A stretch of DNA of 62,957 nucleotides, counting the filler, from Octopus bimaculoides (Eukaryota): assembly GCF_001194135.2 (NCBI RefSeq). It is 10 parts of 9 records of this genome, joined end to end, with 100 filler letters (N's around TTAATTAATTAA, not from the genome) between each part and the next. Parts side by side here need not be neighbours in the genome. Positions count along the whole stretch, not along the records: positions 49,670 to 57,353 come from NC_068982.1; positions 57,454 to 59,718 come from NC_068985.1; positions 59,819 to 62,957 come from NC_068999.1; 7 more parts are not named here. One strand, 5' to 3'. The notes under the pieces were generated by a model. The model worked only from the letters and a program-made list of their open reading frames with translations, was not told the origin of the DNA and searched no databases. Position numbers and translations under genes: made by a program. Each line of letters begins with the position of its first letter. Within the stretch, counting starts at the first letter, position 1. Below are positions 52,262 through 62,957 of this stretch, piece after piece.

Positions 52262-53745
52262 GTTTGACTTTTGCTTTGCATTTGTACAAGTTGGATCCAA
52301 GTCTCACCCAGAGACCTCAAGAGACAACAAGTTAGAAGTTCATGTTGGTGTTATGCCTAGGGTGCCATATATTTGGATTTGTACATAGTGTTGTTCTAGA
52401 GAATGTTTAAGAAACCATAAGAAAATTATGTGTTTGTTTTAAAATTTGAGACCACAAAGTATTTTACGTAGGATATGGGCAGTTCCCATGAGCACTATCT
52501 TTTGAACTTCAGCCATTTTGGGGTTTCCTGGTATCTGAGCTAGGTAGCAATCAGCCCCTTTTGCTATCATTCCTAGGGCACCTATGACAAAAGGTATTGT
52601 TTTAGTCTTGAGGTTCCAGATTTTACCATTTTCTATTTCAAGATCTTTATACTTGCTTAATTTTTGGTAAGTCTTGACAGATACGTTTATATCGATTGGG
52701 ACAGTCATATCAATGGGGAGGCATGATTTTTGTCTGAAGTCTTTCAATATGATGTCTCGCCTATTTGCATTTATCTTTCTGTCACTTTGAACGGTGAATT
52801 TCCAGAGGAGTCAGATGTGATCATTTTCAAGCACTAGAGATGGTTTGTGTTCCCACCAGTTTTTATCCACGGCCACCCTCTTTTCTTGGCAGGTAAAGTC
52901 GTTCTGTATCTGCCTTAGGGTGGTGCATTCTATGCATTGTCAACAGTTTTCATATTTTTCTCTTAAGATTACATATTTCAGTGACTGACCGGTTAACGAT
53001 ATTGAAACTGTAAGTCATGACCGGTATGGTAAAAGTATTGATCGCTTCGATCCTGTTTCTTGTATTCAGCTCTGTCTTCAGTATTGCTCTCACCCTGCGA
53101 TAACATTCTCTTCTGATTCTTTCCCTCATCATTGAATGTTTGATTCCATCACCTTCAGATACCCTTGGGTATTTTTGGCTCTCCGCTGGTTCTAACTCCT
53201 TTATGACATTCTGCTGGACAAGATTAACGTTGGATGTTTCTGTTATTTTCCCTTTGATAAAGGTAGCTTTTGCATATTTGTCGAGGCCAAATTGCATCTC
53301 CTGATATCATCACTGAACTGTTTAATAATTGTTAGTAAGCCCTGTAGTTGTTGGTCATTTTTTGCAAAGATTTTTAAATCATTCATGTAAATGAGATGAT
53401 TTATATTTTTTATCAAACACTTTATAGCCATATTGTACATCATCAAGCAATTCTGAGAGAGGCGTTAAGACTAGACATAAGAGGAGTGGTGATAGAGAGT
53501 CACCCTGGAAAATGCCACATGAAATTTTTACATCTCCAGCATTTAGAGATTCATTGTCACACAGAAATTGACCGAACAGAACTACATGATCAAAAAAATA
53601 AAATCATGATTGAATGACTGAAAATTCAAGAAGCCAGTATGAATGAACGTGACACTCTTCCAAAAATTTGAAACTCTAACCAAAACCTGAAAATAATTGG
53701 TAAAATCCGCCTTGCACTTAAGGATAAATATTTCAGCTAAAGATG
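52130..53745 (-). mobile_element. R4/Dong-like LINE fragment ending in a (TAA)n array
   Basis: HLIYMNDLKIFAKN, MQFGLDK, RVRAILKTELNTRNRIEAINT, KYKDLEIE...VIGALG...GTAHILRK; (TTA)n at 52130-52260. Confidence 0.92.
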
Positions 53746-53784
53746 TTGATCTTACAAATCTCAACCATAGATGTGTGAGAGAGA

Positions 53785-53865
<81 letters not shown>

Positions 53866-53934
53866 TGTGAGAGTGTGTGAGTAAGTGTGCATGTGTGCAT
53901 GTGTGTGTGTGTCATCTTGTGTCTGTCATCCTGC

Positions 53935-54115
53935 ATGCACTTCCGTTTGACAACCAGTTTTGGTTTGTTTTCGCACTCATAACTTAGCCGAACAGCAAGA
54001 GATACCGAAAGAATAGTACCAGTGTTAAAGAGGGACATAAGTACAAAGGTTGAGTTGTTCGATATCACACTTCAGGGCAGTGTCCCAGCATAGCTGCCGT
54101 CCAATGACTGAAATA
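53935..54115 (+). mobile_element. SINE family 1, 3' part
   Basis: TTTGACAACC...TAACTTAGC...GAGATACCGAAAGAATAGTACC...GTCCCAGCATAGC. Confidence 0.7.
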
Positions 54116-54302
54116 ATTATACAACAATAGATTAGTAATTAACTTTTGTCTGTAAAAGGCAAAAGCTGAACTAACCACCCACAGAATCTCATTGCATCCC
54201 TTCTCTGCATGCTGTTATTTCCTTTTAGTTCCGATACGTAGGATTCTTAGTGGCTGTTTTTCTCTTCTAGAAAAAAGTTGGATTTTCGTTTCGATCAGAA
54301 TA

Positions 54303-54830
54303 AGAGATCTGATCAGAAAGTATCGACACTGTTGCTATGGTAACGTAGCTAAAGAACGCAGAGTAAATCCGATTGATCTTGAACTCTGTCGTGTATGCAC
54401 ACAAAGTTATAATGTTCTCACTCACTTTCGTTGCTTATAGCAGTGTTTGGAAAGTAAAGTGTGTAGAGTGTGGTCGTTTCGAAAGAAGATCGGTTTTCAT
54501 CTGTGCAGGATCATGTCGGGGACGATGAGAACTTTTCTGAAAACGGTCATAAAAGTCTATGGCTATGATTCCGAAACCAAGGCAAAAATCATATCCCACT
54601 TGAAGGGAACAAGATTTCAAGACGCTGAGGTAATCCAAGAGAATGCTACCAGGCAGCTACTCACTATCCCAAAGAAGAAGAGTTCCAGGAATGTTTTCAT
54701 CAATGGGAACAAACGCCAGATAAAGTGTTTGGCTCCAGGTTGGGGGTCTACTTCGAAAAATACTGAATTGCTTTGTGCTATAGCTTTTCTTTTTACAACA
54801 CCAATACCGATTCTTTTTGATCAGGCTTCG
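54303..54830 (+). mobile_element. Internally deleted mariner element
   Basis: TIRs (TA)AGAGATCTGATCAGAAAGTATCG / CCGATTCTTTTTGATCAGGCTTCG(TA); VYGYDSETK and LKGTRFQDAEVIQENATRQL. Confidence 0.8.
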
Positions 54831-54859
54831 TATATTCGTCATAATAATATTGATTATAG

Positions 54860-55340
54860 TAAAAGTATGTTTTGAGTCGGTAATTTTGGAGATGTGAAGC
54901 CTCTTACGTATTATGGATTCAGATAGTTTTTGGCATTTTCTCTCGGTGAGATATCCAGGTGTTCTTACTGGCTCTTTCTCCAAATTACTAAATATCTTTG
55001 CTAAGTACCCCGTGGGGTATCGGCAAGATAATTTGCTCAGAAGCTTGGCATTTTGTCATTTCCGGGTACTTTACAGTTATTCCTATTCTCCAGAATCTGG
55101 GTTACTTTTGGCCTTGTTATTTCTTCCCAGAATTCCTGTAATCTTGCTTTTGTTGTTTTTAACATTCTTTTACTTGCTGTTCCATCTACTATCCGCACTC
55201 CCCCCACAAAACTCTTCAATTCTCTCCGTTGGTTTCACATTCCTTTTTCTTTTCTTTACCCAGTTCCTCACACAAACTATTGCCACTTGCCTTTTTTGAC
55301 TTTCTTTACATTCTTATACAAATGTTGTTGTCGTTGTTGA
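54860..55340 (-). mobile_element. R4/Dong-like LINE fragment (upstream of RT)
   Basis: QEFWEEI, CKVPGNDKMPSF, PGYLTER, HKITDSK. Confidence 0.7.
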
Positions 55341-56044
55341 TGTTGTCTTTCTATATTATTTTTATTGTTGTTGTTATTTATATGTAAATGTGTCTTGACT
55401 TCTATTATTTGACCTCATCTTCGTACGTCATCTTAACACCCCCACCCCCACTGATTCTCCCTCGTTGTTGTTCTGAGTTTCCAAAGAGTTTTTGGTGGCC
55501 AATAACAAAATTATTATTTTATTTTATTCCCCTCCCCCCCCACTTTTTTTATTGCATGTTTTTTGCTGAACACCCGACGGCGGCTCTGAGGGCCGCACAT
55601 ATGTGCTGGGGTTTGTTTCGGTTGTCTTTTCTATTACGCTGACAATACTTTGTGTAGTATGGCTACAGTATCTAGAGGTCTGTGTGTGTTGTGGGTCTTT
55701 GGTGTGTGTGTGTGTGTCCTTTTATGCATATATATGTTCTGGTGTTTTTCGCGTCAGAAATTCTACTTCTACCTTTCCTAAAAACCAATTCCAACGGCAT
55801 TATATGGTATTATGCTTCATATTCTTAGATGTCCAATAGAATAAAAGATAGCAATATTGCAAGACTTGTCTTACGGCCAGGCGACGAGCTGGCAACATTG
55901 TTAGCAATCGGCACAAAATCATTATATGTCGAGGAATTGTTTCGAAGGGAGAAGCGGAAAGTTCGTGCATGATTGCTTTCTGCTGTTTTTATTGTACTGT
56001 TTGCTTTTGATGTCTATATCCATCTACCTACCTATATATATATA

Positions 56045-56190
56045 CAGGTGTGGCTGTGTGGAGGCGCAGGTGTAGCTGTGTGGAGGCGCAGGTATGGCTG
56101 TGTGGAGGCGCAGGTGTGGCTGTGTGGAGGCGCAGGTGTGGCTGTGTGGAGGCGCAGGTGTGGCTGTGTGGAGGCGCAGGTGTGGCTGTA
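56045..56190 (+). repeat. 22-bp minisatellite x6.5 made of the SINE family 1 head
   Basis: Unit CAGGTGTGGCTGTGTGGAGGCG; the last unit continues as TGTAAGAAGCTTGCT. Confidence 0.9.
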
Positions 56191-56206
56191 TTGTAAGAAG
56201 CTTGCT

Positions 56207-57040
56207 GCATTCTATGCATTGTCAACAGTTTTCGTGTTTTTCTGTCAAGATTACATATTTCAGTAATTGACCAGTTAACGATATTGAAACCGTAAGTCAC
56301 GACCGGTATGGCTTAAGCATTGATCACTTCGATCCTGATTTTTGCATTCAGCTCTATCTTAAGTATTGCTCTCACCCTGCGATAATATTCTCTTCTGATT
56401 CTTTCCCTCATCACTGAATTCCTGATTTCGTCCCCTTCAAAATACCCTTAGGTATTTGTAGCTCTCCGCTGCTTCTAACTCTTTTATGACATTCTGCTGG
56501 TCAAGGTGATGTTTCTGTCATTTTTCCTTTGATAAAAGTAGCTTTTGCACATTTATCGAGGCCATATTGCATTCTGATATCATTACTGAATTGTTTAACA
56601 ATCGCTAGAAATCCCTTGAGTGGTAGACAATCAAAAGCCTTTTTATAGTCTATCCAGGCTATCGAGAAGTTTTTGTGTCATTTGCGACAATCTTCCAAGA
56701 TCATCTTGTTGATGAGTAGCTGATCTTTACAACCATAAGATCTACGTTTACATCCTTTTTGCTCATTAAAACTAATAGGTATATTCAGTCAGGACAGATG
56801 TTAGCGTTTTATACATTGTTGTTAAGCAAGTTATGGGTCTATAATATTTTGGTTCGTTTGTTTCTTCATTTTTTGAAAGTAGGTATGTTCAACCATTAAC
56901 TAGCTAAGAGGGTATCATACTAGGATGTTGCAAAACATCGTTGTAAAGTTCTGTTAGCGGTTCATGGCTCTCTGGGAAGGCATTCAACCAGAAGTTAGGA
57001 ATTTTATCCTTTCCTGGAGACTTCCATTTGCTTGAGAGCA
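56207..57040 (-). mobile_element. R4/Dong-like RT fragment, paralogous to 52925-53330
   Basis: Shares GCATTCTATGCATTGTCAACAG and the following ~380 bp; [27 protein letters not shown]. Confidence 0.9.
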
Positions 57041-57046
57041 GATCTT

Positions 57047-57352
57047 ATTATTATTATTATTGTTTAGTAGTTTTATTTTTATAACGTGCTTTCACTTCAC
57101 TACCGAGCGCAGCTCTGTGTGCCTTGGGTATGTGCTGTGGTTTGCTGTGGTGCTCTTATGGTTACTGTATTGAAAGTGTTTTGCGTAGGATGTGTGCAGT
57201 GCCCAGTAGTGCAATTTTCTGTATGTTATATATATTTGTAAGTCCTGGTGTTTTTGTTATGTATTTGTCTGAATATTTTTTTGTTATACCTAAGGCACCT
57301 ACTATGATAGGAATTGTTTCTGTTTTTAGATTCCACATTCGAGTTACCTCTA
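57047..57352 (-). mobile_element. R4/Dong-like 3' end with (TAA)n tail
   Basis: IVGALG...IQKIALLGTAHILRKTLS*; (TTA)5 at 57047-57062. Confidence 0.85.
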
Positions 57353-57453
57353 TNNNNNNNNNNNNNNNNNNNNNNNNNNNNNNNNNNNNNNNNNNNNTTA
57401 ATTAATTAANNNNNNNNNNNNNNNNNNNNNNNNNNNNNNNNNNNNNNNNNNNN

Positions 57454-57491
<38 letters not shown>

Positions 57492-57587
57492 TTATATATG
57501 CCTGTATATATATATTCACACACATTTATATATGCATGTATATATATATTCACACACATATAATTATATTAGATATACACACACACT

Positions 57588-57620
<33 letters not shown>

Positions 57621-57899
57621 GTAGCAAAATATACTTACATATACATATATGTATGTAACTATGAATATCTATCTAACTATCTATCTATCTATATATTCAT
57701 ATATATAATTATACATACATATTTATGTATATACATGTGCGTGTGCACCAATGCATGCGTGTGTGTATATGCACACATACATTCATATATACACCAACCA
57801 TACACACAGATTTTGATATAAAATATAGATTTTAACAAGTCCTGTTTACAGATATTTGAGAATATACTTTGGAACACAAAACATGAGTTGCCTCCCATC

Positions 57900-58480
57900 C
57901 TATACAGGCCTTAGCCAAAATATTGATCTCTGATCAAAGGCAGTTCGCGTCGCCGTAATCATACACACATTTCTATATATACTCACGGTGGTGCACCAGC
58001 ATGACCGCAGCCACTTGGCTGAAACACATAAATAAATAAATAAATATCGTAAACATTTCTCTTCATTTTATTTGTACAAAAATATAACGAAGCATACACT
58101 TTCCCTCCCCATATGAAGTATCTACCGTTTGACAGTTCTGCATGCAAGCAGTGTTATTAGCTATACTGTATAATGTAGTTGTATTAATCCGTAGCTTGTG
58201 GCAGTCAGTCAGTTTTGCGAGAGAGATAACTCAGACTACAGCACATCAGTCAACAAGATTTTAGAACAGTAGTGTGCAAAACTATGAAAATATCTGGTAA
58301 TGCGATGGTAGAATTTCTATAGATCAAGTCATAATTGAAGCATATGAGGGAAAGCTGAAAAAAGAAAAAAAAAAAATCTACGCTATTCTATACGACGCTG
58401 AATTCACATTGTTTGAAATATATATAGTGGGAACATAATACTTTAATTCAGACTCGCTATCACTTATCCCGATTTTTCTC
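57900..58480. mobile_element. Possible decayed Tc1/mariner relic
   Basis: TATACAGG... start and ...CTGTGTA end, transposase-like residues; weak. Confidence 0.3.
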
Positions 58481-58488
58481 TGTGTATA

Positions 58489-58521
<33 letters not shown>

Positions 58522-58827
58522 NNNNNNNNNNNNNNNNNNNNNNNNNNNNNNNNNNNNNNNNNNNNNNNNNNNNNNNNNNNNNNNNNNNNNNNNNNNNNNN
58601 NNNNNNNNNNNNNNNNNNNNNNNNNNNNNNNNNNNNNNNNNNNNNNNNNNNNNNNNNNNNNNNNNNNNNNNNNNNNNNNNNNNNNNNNNNNNNNNNNNNN
58701 NNNNNNNNNNNNNNNNNNNNNNNNNNNNNNNNNNNNNNNNNNNNNNNNNNNNNNNNNNNNNNNNNNNNNNNNNNNNNNNNNNNNNNNNNNNNNNNNNNNN
58801 NNNNNNNNNNNNNNNNNNNNNNNNNNN

Positions 58828-58875
<48 letters not shown>

Positions 58876-59319
58876 GGTAAGCAGAATTAGTGGTTTGGAA
58901 TAATGGTCTAAGGGATAAGAATGCCCGTTATTACTACGTTTACCCTGGGCATTGACTATGTTAACTTTGGGCAGGGATATGCAAGCATACTATGCCCATA
59001 GCAGACAGGCAAAAACAAAATAAACAAGAGTTTATCCGGAATCAAATTTAGTATAAGCAGAAAATGAAGATTTCCCCATTTTCTGCTTATATATGTGTGT
59101 GTGTGTGTGTGTATGTTTGTTTGTGTATATACGTATGCATATATATGGATATATATATACGTATGAATCTATGTATATATTTACACACATATATATATAT
59201 ATATACATATGAATAAATAAATAAATATCTATACATACTCAAATATACACATACAGACACACATATACAGACACACACACATACACACACGCACATACAC
59301 ACACATACATACATATCTG

Positions 59320-59344
<25 letters not shown>

Positions 59345-59351
<7 letters not shown>

Positions 59352-59718
59352 AGAGAGAAGAGAGTGAGAGAGTAAGGGTGAGAGAGTAAGAGAGTAAGAG
59401 TGTAGAGAGTAAAAGTGAGAGAGGGGGGAGTACGAACGAAGAGAGTGAGAGAGAGTAAAAGAGAGGAGAGAAAGAGTAGGGGTGAAGAGAAGTGGGAGTA
59501 AAGAGAAGTAGGAAGAGAAGTAGGACTGAAGAGAAGTAGGAGTGAAGAGAAGTAGGAAGAGAAGTGGGAAGAGAAGTAGGAGTGAAGAGAAATAGGAATG
59601 AAGAGAAGTAGGAAGAGAAGTAGGAAGAGAAGTAGGAAGAGAAGTAGGAGTGAAGGGAAGTAGGAGTGAAGAGAGGTGAAGAGACGTACACAGAAGTAGG
59701 AGTCGGAGCAAGAGGGGG
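59345..59718 (+). repeat. Purine-rich minisatellite (GAAGAGAAGTAGGA[GT] variants)
   Basis: 12- and 15-bp unit reiteration. Confidence 0.9.
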
Positions 59719-59819
59719 NNNNNNNNNNNNNNNNNNNNNNNNNNNNNNNNNNNNNNNNNNNNTTAATTAATTAANNNNNNNNNNNNNNNNNNNNNNNNNN
59801 NNNNNNNNNNNNNNNNNNA

Positions 59820-60090
59820 TATATATATAGTCAAGTAAAAAGTAACACAGATTAAAAGAAAAAGACAAGCGTGTGGATGTAGCAGAAGAAATTATTAATA
59901 GGAAGCTCAGAGAAAGAAGAGAGTAGTAAATTTACGTTTCGAGCATTGGTCTTCTTCGGAGAAAGGAAAGACAGGAAAGTCCAACACGATGGTAGAAATA
60001 AGTCGCCAGCTATTATGTACTGTTTCATTTTTGAAGTGACGGAACGTAGATGGAATGAAGAGAAAGTGCTTTCTGAGACAGAATATTATC
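59820..60090 (-). mobile_element. PLE pLTR relic with partly decayed minimal HHR (59928-59966)
   Basis: CCGAAGA-A-GACC AAT GCTC-GAAAC-GTA; same design as 34738-34776. Confidence 0.65.
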
Positions 60091-61287
60091 AGTATGTGTG
60101 TGTGTGTGGTAGCTTGTGTTATATATATGTATGTATATATGTGTGTATATGTATATTGATATATAGGTGTGTATATATATGTGTATGTGTATATTGATAT
60201 GTACGCTATTTTCAAGTCGACTGTCATTTACGCACAGCACTGGACACTGACGATTTCACAGCAAGGAAAGTATTTGCAACTCCTACTTGCATTAATTCGA
60301 TAAATATACATACATAGATGCATGCACACATACATATATACATACATACATACGTAAATACATGCATTCATACATACATATATACAGTCTGTAAGTGGAA
60401 CAGTATAAATATGCAAGACTTTTCTCAAGTTTAAAATATGTTTTTATTACCTACATTCCAACGATGAAACTTCCAACACGCACACACATATGTATATGTA
60501 TATACATACATATATATATATNNNNNNNNNNNNNNNNNNNNNNNNNNNNNNNNNNNNNNNNNNNNNNNNNNNNNNNNNNNNNNNNNNNNNNNNNNNNNNN
60601 NNNNNNNNNNNNNNNNNNNNNNNNNNNNNNNNNNNNNNNNNNNNNNNNNNNNNNNNNNNNNNNNNNNNNNNNNNNNNNNNNNNNNNNNNNNNNNNNNNNN
60701 NNNNNNNNNNNNNNNNNNNNNNNNNNNNNNNNNNNNNNNNNNNNNNNNNNNNNNNNNNNNNNNNNNNNNNNNNNNNNNNNNNNNNNNNNNNNNNNNNNNN
60801 NNNNNNNNNNNNNNNNNNNNNNNNNNNNNNNNNNNNNNNNNNNNNNNNNNNNNNNNNNNNNNNNNNNNNNNNNNNNNNNNNNNNNNNNNNNNNNNNNNNN
60901 NNNNNNNNNNNNNNNNNNNNNNNNNNNNNNNNNNNNNNNNNNNNNNNNNNNNNNNNNNNNNNNNNNNNNNNNNNNNNNNNNNNNNNNNNNNNNNNNNNNN
61001 NNNNNNNNNNNNNNNNNNNNNNNNNNNNNNNNNNNNNNNNNNNNNNNNNNNNNNNNNNNNNNNNNNNNNNNNNNNNNNNNNNNNNNNNNNNNNNNNNNNN
61101 NNNNNNNNNNNNNNNNNNNNNNNNNNNNNNNNNNNNNNNNNNNNNNNNNNNNNNNNNNNNNNNNNNNNNNNNNNNNNNNNNNNNNNNNNNNNNNNNNNNN
61201 NNNNNNNNNNNNNNNNNNNNNNNNNNNNNNNNNNNNNNNNNNNNNNNNNNNNNNNNNNNNNNNNNNNNNNNNNNNNNNNNNNNNNNN

Positions 61288-61339
<52 letters not shown>

Positions 61340-61344
61340 TTTTT

Positions 61345-61560
61345 TCTACTAGAAGCACAGGGCCTCAAATTTGTGGGGGAGGAGACTAGTCTATTACATC
61401 GACCTCCAGTGTTCCACTGGTACTTAGTTTATCGATCCCGAGAGGATCGATAAATGAAAGGCAAAGTCAATCTTGGCGGAATTTGAAGGAAGAACGTAGC
61501 GACTGGCGAAATACCGCTAAACATTTCGTCCAATGTGCTAACAATTCTGCCAGCTTTTCG
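61345..61560 (-). mobile_element. SINE family 2 (reverse) between (TAA)n arrays
   Basis: ATTACATCGACCTCCAGTG...TTTATCGATCCCG...GCAAAGTCAATCTTGGCGGAATTTGA...GCTAACAATTCTGCCAGC. Confidence 0.85.
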
Positions 61561-61561
61561 C

Positions 61562-61628
<67 letters not shown>

Positions 61629-62578
61629 TAGTAATAATAATATTTTTTATTAATGCCATTTTCTTAAATAAAACAAGCAACAACAAACGATAAATTATCT
61701 TGTAACGTGATTGATGATGAGAAAACTAACATATTTGATATGATTGATAGAGCTAGCAGATGCAAACACATATAAATACTGAAATATATTGTCATGGAAA
61801 GAGAAAATATATACAAGAAAAAAAGATAATAATAACGGAAAGAATTTGTCAGAATGAAAAAGAGGGACAAGAACATCCATTGTGATAGAAACTCTGAGAG
61901 GTATTATGATAAATAAATAGAGGAATTGGAGTAGAACATTGGAAGGTGAACAGTGTTGAGAATAAGATTCTACACAAAGAAGTGTAGATTATAGTTCTTG
62001 TCCTGGGATGTATCTTGGAATGTCATATTCAGAGGTGAAAAAGTAGCATACAGATACAGACACGTATAACACACAACTATACACACACACACATACATAC
62101 ATACATACATACATACATACATTTAAATACATATATATATATACATGTGTATCGATATAGCTATATCTATCTATCTATCTATCCATCTATCTATCTATCT
62201 ATCTATCTATNNNNNNNNNNCATACATACATATACGTGTGTGTGTGTCAGTGATATGAGTTGTGAGAAGTAATAATGGTGCTTGTAGGCCATCGTGTAGC
62301 TGCGCAATGCAGGTGCATCAAAGCACGTAACCATGTGTGCAGCAGGTAACAAGGTGAGCGTGGGTGGTAGCTAGGGATGGCGGCGGGAAGCAGGGTGCGA
62401 TGACAAATAACAAAAAAGTAGGATTCGTAGATAAAAATAACAATGACTAAGCAGTAACATCATCATCAACATCATCATCATCAACATCATCTTCATCTCT
62501 ATCTCTCTCTATCTCTCTCCGCTCTCTTTTTCTATCATCCTCTGTTTTTCTGTCTGTCAGTCTGTTCGTCTGTCGTTC

Positions 62579-62643
<65 letters not shown>

Positions 62644-62848
62644 ATCTGTCTATCTAACTATCAACCAATTTACCTGGCTACCTACATGTCTGTCTGTCGA
62701 ATTGTCTGTATACCTGCCTGCGATACTTTATGTAGAACCGTCTATACACCTTGGTCGACACTTGCAAACCAATGTCACTTGGTTCTTTGAAGCTAACAGT
62801 TTTAGATAGTCGGGAGCATTACAAACCCCCGGCAGACACAATAATAAT

Positions 62849-62929
<81 letters not shown>

Positions 62930-62957
62930 TTTTTTCTACTAGAAGCACAGGGCCTCA

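Noticed and set aside
55560-55620. GC-rich hairpin GCGGC-CCTCAGA-GCCGC upstream of R4-like fragments, considered as an HDV-like ribozyme
   Set aside because: Could not identify P1/P2 partners for the double pseudoknot
49109-56190. Short direct-repeat arrays considered as CRISPR-like
   Set aside because: No unique spacers and eukaryotic context
61288-62957. Identical (TAA)n-TTTTTTTCTACTAGAAGCACAGGGCCTCA at 61.3 kb and at the window end
   Set aside because: Exact duplicate at a contig edge next to a gap; likely redundant assembly or the shared end of a common SINE

Overview
AT-rich, repeat-dense animal genomic DNA from a draft assembly, with roughly 5-6 kb of N gaps, many carrying a TTAATTAATTAA linker. 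The SINE/LINE content suggests a cephalopod such as Octopus (inference, not checked by search). Most ORF-track entries are microsatellite or gap artefacts. Recognisable content: tRNA-derived SINEs of at least three families, RTE and R4/Dong-like LINE remnants, decayed Tc1/mariner elements, fold-back/MITE-like elements and several Penelope-like elements (PLEs). The strongest hidden signal is a set of type I hammerhead ribozyme (HHR) motifs in PLE terminal repeats (pLTRs). One is fully canonical (40124-40187), four are near-canonical (23435-23479, 34738-34776, 35699-35769, 38024-38098) and two are decayed, spanning about four designs. One PLE has its GIY-YIG nuclease split by about 175 codons of Asn/Ser/Thr-rich sequence. 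A candidate spliced minus-strand gene for a secreted protein lies near 9.4-10.0 kb. Exon-like islands occur on both strands between 13.9 and 26.4 kb, including an inverted duplication that preserves a micro-exon with its splice sites.
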